DNA of 64,000 bases from Bacteriovoracaceae bacterium (GTDB lineage: Bacteria; Bdellovibrionota; Bacteriovoracia; Bacteriovoracales; Bacteriovoracaceae), in NCBI GenBank assembly GCA_041586955.1, contig JBFGZE010000002.1, positions 32,001 through 96,000 on the forward strand, given 5' to 3'. Positions 59,007 through 64,000 of this stretch are shown piece after piece. Below the pieces are notes generated by a model that made no database searches, had not been told where the DNA came from, and saw only the letters and a list, made by a program, of their open reading frames with translations. The position numbers and the translations under genes were made by a program. The stretch's first letter is position 1; each line of letters opens with the position of its first letter.

Positions 59007-59453
59007 ATGACCATTAAATGGACCTTACTCATATTGATCAATTTTATCCTCTCGTCTTGCCTGACGGGGGCCCTTATCGGTGGTGGTGCCGCGGCCTTAA
59101 CTGCTGTGGTTATTGATAAGGCCAAAAAAAATGAAAAATCAGAGCAAAAAAGACCACCAAAGAACGTCGCATCAAAGCTGGCACCTATTAAAGCAGCTTC
59201 AACCACCAAAATGACTCGCTATGATGAGCGACGCACAGGTATTTTTATTACCTTAACAGAAAATTATGGCGCTGGTGAAAAGGTCGTTAATCGCTGTGCC
59301 GTAAAAGCACTTTCGATGATGGCCTGGTGGGATGGCGAGCGTTCGATCTATCCCAAACAAATAAAAGAAAATGTCTTTCAAGGTTATGGCGAGGATGTCA
59401 TCAAGAAGGCCTATGTTTATAATTCTCAGCATGATTGCCAACAGAACTGGTAG
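59007..59453 (+). CDS. Hypothetical lipoprotein
   Basis: Lipobox LSSC followed by a Gly/Ala-rich hydrophobic stretch. Two further Cys. Confidence 0.7.
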   Translation: MTIKWTLLILINFILSSCLTGALIGGGAAALTAVVIDKAKKNEKSEQKRPPKNVASKLAPIKAASTTKMTRYDERRTGIFITLTENYGAGEKVVNRCAVKALSMMAWWDGERSIYPKQIKENVFQGYGEDVIKKAYVYNSQHDCQQNW

Positions 59454-59531
59454 GGGAATGATTCTTTTTTTAATTTAGCGGTCGGCTTCAAGTAAATAAA
59501 ATAATTGCATCAAAAAAATTTGAAAGAGTTC

Positions 59532-60446
59532 TTATTTTTTCATCTGCTGTGCCAATTGTGCCGCCACTTTGGCATTATTTAAAATTAAGGCGATATTACT
59601 TTCCAGTGATTTTCCACCAGTTAATTCTTTCACTTTTGCGAGAAGGAAAGGAGTTATCTCTTTGCCTTTAATTCCTTTTTTTGTGGCCTGGGCCAAGGCC
59701 TCATCAATTCCCTTCTCCATGACATTTGGATCGAGACTATTTGCTTGTGGTACCGGGTTGGTGAGAAGCGCTCCGCCACGATTGGAAATAGTCCATTTGA
59801 TGGTGAGGGTCTCTGCTACAGACTTTAGATCATTAAAACAATGATCCACCCGATATTGGCCTTCGCGAGTATAAAAAAGAGGGAGCTTTTTAGTTTGGTA
59901 ACCCCATACAGGAACCCCTTTTGTTTCGAGATATTCTAGAGTTTTGGGGACATCGAGAATGGCCTTAATCCCAGCGCAAATGACACAGACTGGAGTTTGT
60001 GCCAATTCTTCAAGATCCGCCGAAATATCAAAATTAAGTTCGGCGCCTCGATGGACTCCTCCAATACCGCCCGTAGCGAAAACTTTAATGCCCACAATTT
60101 CACAAATCATCATTGTCGCCGCAACCGTCGTGGCACCCATCTTTTTTTGCGACAAAATGACTGAAAGGTCGCGCCGAGAAACCTTTTCTACTTGAGAAGG
60201 GCCCGCCTGTGCTAAGATCTGGATTTGCTTTTCAGACATACCGACTAAAACTTTACCATCCATTAGGCATATGGTGGCAGGAGTCGCGCCATTATTGCGC
60301 ACCATTTGCTCTACCTGCTTAGCGGTTTCATAATTTTGTGGGTAAGGCATGCCATGAGAAATAATAGTCGACTCTAAAGCGACAATGGGAAGGTTGTTGG
60401 CGAAAGCTTCTTTAACTTCTTGAGAGAAATGGATAAAAGGGAGCAT
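59532..60446 (-). CDS. psuG: Pseudouridine-5'-phosphate glycosidase
   Basis: VALESTIISHGMPYPQN, KVSRRD, FATGGIGGVHRG, DISADL, GKEITPFLL. Confidence 0.95.
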   Translation of the reverse strand: MLPFIHFSQEVKEAFANNLPIVALESTIISHGMPYPQNYETAKQVEQMVRNNGATPATICLMDGKVLVGMSEKQIQILAQAGPSQVEKVSRRDLSVILSQKKMGATTVAATMMICEIVGIKVFATGGIGGVHRGAELNFDISADLEELAQTPVCVICAGIKAILDVPKTLEYLETKGVPVWGYQTKKLPLFYTREGQYRVDHCFNDLKSVAETLTIKWTISNRGGALLTNPVPQANSLDPNVMEKGIDEALAQATKKGIKGKEITPFLLAKVKELTGGKSLESNIALILNNAKVAAQLAQQMKK

Positions 60447-60577
60447 CTATTGTGTCCTAGTCGTTGCTTAAGATTTAAATTCTTTTCCACTTTTTTTTTA
60501 TGGAAAAAGAGTGGTCAGATCGGTGTTTTTAATCTGGAAAACAATAAGGATTATATCGCGAAAAGGGAAGTCCGTTG

Positions 60578-60618
60578 AAAAAAAAAGAGGGAGTCTCGTA
60601 ATTAAGACCCCCTCTTTT
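60578..60618 (-). terminator. Intrinsic terminator (minus strand, U9 tail)
   Basis: Minus: gagggggtct-taattacg-agactccctc-ttttttttt. No minus-strand CDS ends here. Confidence 0.75.
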
Positions 60619-60770
60619 AAAACGACATGTTTGGTTTGAACGGCTTCAAACCAGGAAGGAGGACGGGTAAGGAAAAAATAGGCTGGAAGAGCAAAATATT
60701 GAATGGCCCCGTCTGGCCTCTCAATATTTTGTGTGTGGGAGAAAAAATATCTTTCTCTTAAACCCTGTTA
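60578..60770 (-). ncRNA. Candidate small RNA or structured leader
   Basis: Four successive hairpins ending in a terminator. No ORF. Family not recognised. Confidence 0.4.
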
Positions 60771-60917
60771 TCAGTATGACGGATTAGGCCTTAAAAATTG
60801 TCAAGAGAATGTCAGCTTCTGTTCAAATATGCGCAAGAAAGCGTGGTGCGCTGAGTAGGCCAGGCATACAATTGGACAAGAATAGTCAGTCGCTAATCTT
60901 TTGACTATAATGGTGTG

Positions 60918-62027
60918 ATGAAAAAATTAAACCCTATAAAGCGAATTCTACTCGGCCCAGGCCCTAGTGATGTTTCTCCCGATGTCTTACAGGCATTGTC
61001 TCTGCCGACCTTGGGGCATTTGGACCCACAATTTATCACCATTATGGATGATATTAAAAGACTTTTGCAATATGCCTTTCAAACTAAAAACCGTTTGACC
61101 TTGCCCATTTCAGCTCCGGGTTCTGCCGGAATGGAAGCGTGTTTTGTGAACTTACTTGAACCTGGTGATAAAGTGGTGGTCTGTATCAATGGGGTATTTG
61201 GCAAACGCATGGTGGAAAATGCCGTGCGCATTGGTGCTATACCAATAATCGTTGATCATGAATGGGGTCAACCTGTTGATCCTCAAAAGGTTCGCCAGGC
61301 CCTCTCTCAAAATAAGGGAGTTAAGGCCTTGGCGTTTGTTCATGCGGAGACGTCAACCGGCGTGTTAAGTGATGTAAAAGCTCTTTGTGCTCTGGCCTGT
61401 GAGTTTAATGTTCTTTCTATTGTGGACACCGTGACGGCCCTTGGGGGATCGCCCCTTAAAGTAGACGAGTGGCATATTGATGCCACTTATTCAGGTTCCC
61501 AAAAATGCCTTTCCTGTGTACCAGGCCTATCTCCGGTATCCTTTAGTGATCGTGCGGTGGAGGTTATTTCTAGGCGTCGCACGAAAGTTCAAAGTTGGTT
61601 TCTCGACCTTAATTTAGTGATGGAATATTGGGGTCAGAACAAAAAGCGTTCTTATCATCATACTGCGCCGGTAAACTCTCTCTATGCTCTTTATGAATCC
61701 CTACGACTCTTAAAGGAAGAGGGACTTGAAAATTCTTGGCGCCGTCATCACGAGAATTACCTTCTTTTAAAAAGTGAATTGACCTCACTTGGTCTCGAAT
61801 TTTTTGTGGCAGAAGAATTTCGCTTGCCGCAATTAAATGCCATCAAAATTCCCGAGGGGGTGAATGAGGGGCTTATTCGCTCAAGGCTCCTTAGTGAATT
61901 TAATATTGAGATTGGCGCAGGTCTTGGCCCTTTGGCCGGTCAAGTATGGCGTATTGGCCTGATGGGAGCATCGTCTAAACGAGAAAATATTGAATTATTA
62001 ATCAAGGCCCTCGGCCAATGTCTCTAA
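60918..62027 (+). CDS. Alanine-glyoxylate / serine-pyruvate aminotransferase (class V)
   Basis: LLGPGPS, VHAETSTGV, YSGSQKCLS..PG, YHHTAP, WRIGLMG. Confidence 0.93.
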   Translation: MKKLNPIKRILLGPGPSDVSPDVLQALSLPTLGHLDPQFITIMDDIKRLLQYAFQTKNRLTLPISAPGSAGMEACFVNLLEPGDKVVVCINGVFGKRMVENAVRIGAIPIIVDHEWGQPVDPQKVRQALSQNKGVKALAFVHAETSTGVLSDVKALCALACEFNVLSIVDTVTALGGSPLKVDEWHIDATYSGSQKCLSCVPGLSPVSFSDRAVEVISRRRTKVQSWFLDLNLVMEYWGQNKKRSYHHTAPVNSLYALYESLRLLKEEGLENSWRRHHENYLLLKSELTSLGLEFFVAEEFRLPQLNAIKIPEGVNEGLIRSRLLSEFNIEIGAGLGPLAGQVWRIGLMGASSKRENIELLIKALGQCL

Positions 62028-62247
62028 TGGCCTAGTCAAGGCCCTTCATTTTTTTGAATTACTCACAACGTCTAGATTCTTTTTTTTATTTATGCTAAAT
62101 ATCCATAAAAAATAAAGGTTTTATGATAATCTGTGTGGTTATCTCTCAATAGTTCTTTAATTTTGGTCCTTTTTTCAAATAGTTCGTTAGTTTTTTGTGT
62201 CTCTATATTTTATGTTTTTCAAAACTACTTAATAAGGAGAGTTTAAA

Positions 62248-62862
62248 ATGAATGGATTAAAAAAAGTCTTTTGTATTCCCTTTTGTCTTTTATTAATTCT
62301 CGGATTTACGCTTCCAGAAGCCTATGCGGATGATATTCGTCTAGGTGTTCCTGGATATGGTGGAACAGGCTGTCCGGCCGGTACCGCTTCGGCAACATTA
62401 AGTCCTGATCGTAAATCATTAAGTATTTTATTTGATGAATATGTAGTGGCAGCAGGTGGTAGTTTACCAAGTCGAGTTGGTCGCAAGACTTGTAATATCG
62501 CCATACCTGTCCATATTCCCCAAGGCTTTTCCTTATCAATCGTTGATGTCGATTATCGAGGGTATCTTTTCTTACCTCGTGGCGCGACTGCTCGTTTCAA
62601 TGTGGAGTATTTTTTCGCTGGTATCAGAGGACCTCGTTATTCAACAAGTTTTAGAGGGTTTTCTGATCGCAATTATCTCCTCGATAATACCCTTGGCCTG
62701 GCCACTTTAGTGTGGTCACGTTGTGGTGATGACGTCAATTTAAGAGTCAATTCTAGTATGGTGGTTCTCAATTACAATCGGGCCACTGAGGCGATGGCGA
62801 CAGTAGATACAGCGGACTTTAAAGCGGGGATTATTTATCGCCTTGCTTGGAAAAGATGTTAA
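62248..62862 (+). CDS. Secreted DUF4360-domain protein
   Basis: YGGTGCPAGT, LFDEY, RKTCNI..HIPQGF, DYRGY, WSRCG, C-terminal WKRC. Confidence 0.88.
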   Translation: MNGLKKVFCIPFCLLLILGFTLPEAYADDIRLGVPGYGGTGCPAGTASATLSPDRKSLSILFDEYVVAAGGSLPSRVGRKTCNIAIPVHIPQGFSLSIVDVDYRGYLFLPRGATARFNVEYFFAGIRGPRYSTSFRGFSDRNYLLDNTLGLATLVWSRCGDDVNLRVNSSMVVLNYNRATEAMATVDTADFKAGIIYRLAWKRC

Positions 62863-62873
62863 GGAGCAATCCT

Positions 62874-63623
62874 ATGAATCGTCCATTAATGACAAAATTT
62901 AACCATAAGGCGGGGAGATTTTTCCCCCGCCTTTTTATCATTTGTATCAGCTTGTTTTTTCCAAGTGAGATCATATTGGCACAAGGAGATTTTCAATTTG
63001 ATCGAGTCATATTGCGAGGAACAGGTTGCCCTGCTGGGAGTACCAGCACGATCTTAACACCAGATAAAAAAACCATTACGGTTTTATTCGATGCTTTTTC
63101 CGTCGAGGTCCCTCAATTTGATGGTGATAATGATAATGAAGAGATCTCCGATGAGCACCCCCAAGCGGCACGACGCAGTGACAAAGAGGTAGATCATAAA
63201 GTTTGTCATATGATTTTAACCAGTAAGCTGCCTGTCAATTATAACCTTAAATCTTTGGATGTCAGTATGGATATGCGTGGGTACTCATTTGCCAACAAGG
63301 GAGTTAAGCTGGCCTTTAAAAGCTTTTTCCAAAACTTTGAGGGCCTTGTCCGCTCTAGGGCCAAAAAGAAGACGTTGGTGATGAAAAAATGGGGAGGTGA
63401 AGTTGATGAGAATTGGACGATTTCCAATCGTATTAAAATACCCATTAATTCCAAATGCGCTCATATTACGGAACGGGCCATTAAAATTAATTACACCAAT
63501 GTGCTTAAGGCCCAAATGCAAAAGAGAAATGTGAGTAATCTCCGTTCAGGATTATTATCGATGGACTCGTCTGACATTGTTGGCCAATTAAAGTTTAAAT
63601 TTAATATCTTTCCTTGTTCTTGA
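62874..63623 (+). CDS. Secreted DUF4360-like paralog
   Basis: AAGGAG RBS. GTGCPAGS, LFDAF, KVCHM, DMRGY, SKC, terminal C. Confidence 0.82.
   Translation: MNRPLMTKFNHKAGRFFPRLFIICISLFFPSEIILAQGDFQFDRVILRGTGCPAGSTSTILTPDKKTITVLFDAFSVEVPQFDGDNDNEEISDEHPQAARRSDKEVDHKVCHMILTSKLPVNYNLKSLDVSMDMRGYSFANKGVKLAFKSFFQNFEGLVRSRAKKKTLVMKKWGGEVDENWTISNRIKIPINSKCAHITERAIKINYTNVLKAQMQKRNVSNLRSGLLSMDSSDIVGQLKFKFNIFPCS
62907..62936 (+). terminator. Terminator-like hairpin inside the 5' end of the second DUF4360 gene
   Basis: aaggcgggg-agatttttc-ccccgcctt followed by a T tract. Confidence 0.6.
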
Positions 63624-63802
63624 TTAATTTATGCTCAGGCATTGAGTTAAGAATAATTAATTCTTAGAGGGAATGTCTAAAGCCCCATTATTAAGTACTT
63701 TCGGGATGTGCGCCACTTCTGTCGTTCCCGGTTAGTTATTAAATTAAAAAAAAATGATAACTTTATTTTAAAATTATTATTTTTTATGGGGATTTATTGT
63801 CA

Positions 63803-64000
63803 ATGTGGATATTGTTTATATTATTAGTTACTTTTTCCTGTCATAGTAATTCTAGTTTGGTGGTAAAAGATCTAAAACGGATTAAAGGAAATGTCTTTCC
63901 TAAGGTGAGAAAGTTATTATTCAAAGATTTAGGGCCAACTCTTCAGAAGATAGCATTGGATAATGGTTGTTCTCTTGGTCAGTCCCCGGATCGTGAGTCA
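63803..64000 (+). CDS. 5' end of a secreted protein or lipoprotein truncated by the window edge
   Basis: MWILFILLVTFSCHSNSS... open for 66 codons to the edge. Confidence 0.5.
   Translation, partial: MWILFILLVTFSCHSNSSLVVKDLKRIKGNVFPKVRKLLFKDLGPTLQKIALDNGCSLGQSPDRES

Noticed and set aside
905..63521. Many 60-160 aa alternative-frame or antisense ORFs in the track
   Set aside because: They are nested within well-supported genes and lack motifs, so I treated them as chance ORFs.

Overview
Chromosomal, AT-rich bacterial DNA, most likely from a predatory Bdellovibrionota (Bacteriovorax/Halobacteriovorax-like). This taxonomy is inferred from gene content: an Agl-Glt-type gliding cluster, DUF4360 tandem genes, many secreted orphans and sigma28-like promoters. 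The window holds about 60 CDS. I saw no rRNA, tRNA, CRISPR array, integrase or transposase. Housekeeping genes: Tas-type aldo-keto reductase, lysC, DEDDh exonuclease, RlmI-like methyltransferase, yciA, FKBP, recQ, rapA, SRAP, yciO-like, psuG and two aminotransferases. Most interesting candidates: (1) a coupled three-gene operon of a plug-less outer-membrane barrel, a DUF5017-like lipoprotein and a lipoprotein nuclease with a fused nucleotide-binding domain (20.5-26.0 kb), a possible surface DNA-harvesting system; (2) an orphan MotA/ExbB-ExbD-type motor whose B subunit has a Pro-rich linker and an apparently circularly permuted domain (27-28.2 kb); (3) a compact 10-gene gliding operon headed by a VWA adhesin; (4) a eukaryote-like DEGS sphingolipid desaturase/hydroxylase; (5) a secreted ADP-ribosyltransferase-like orphan; (6) a VxrA/WigK-like two-component system; (7) a recQ that appears to need a non-AUG start; (8) a multi-hairpin sRNA candidate upstream of psuG. 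All family calls come from motif recognition by eye. No database search was run.
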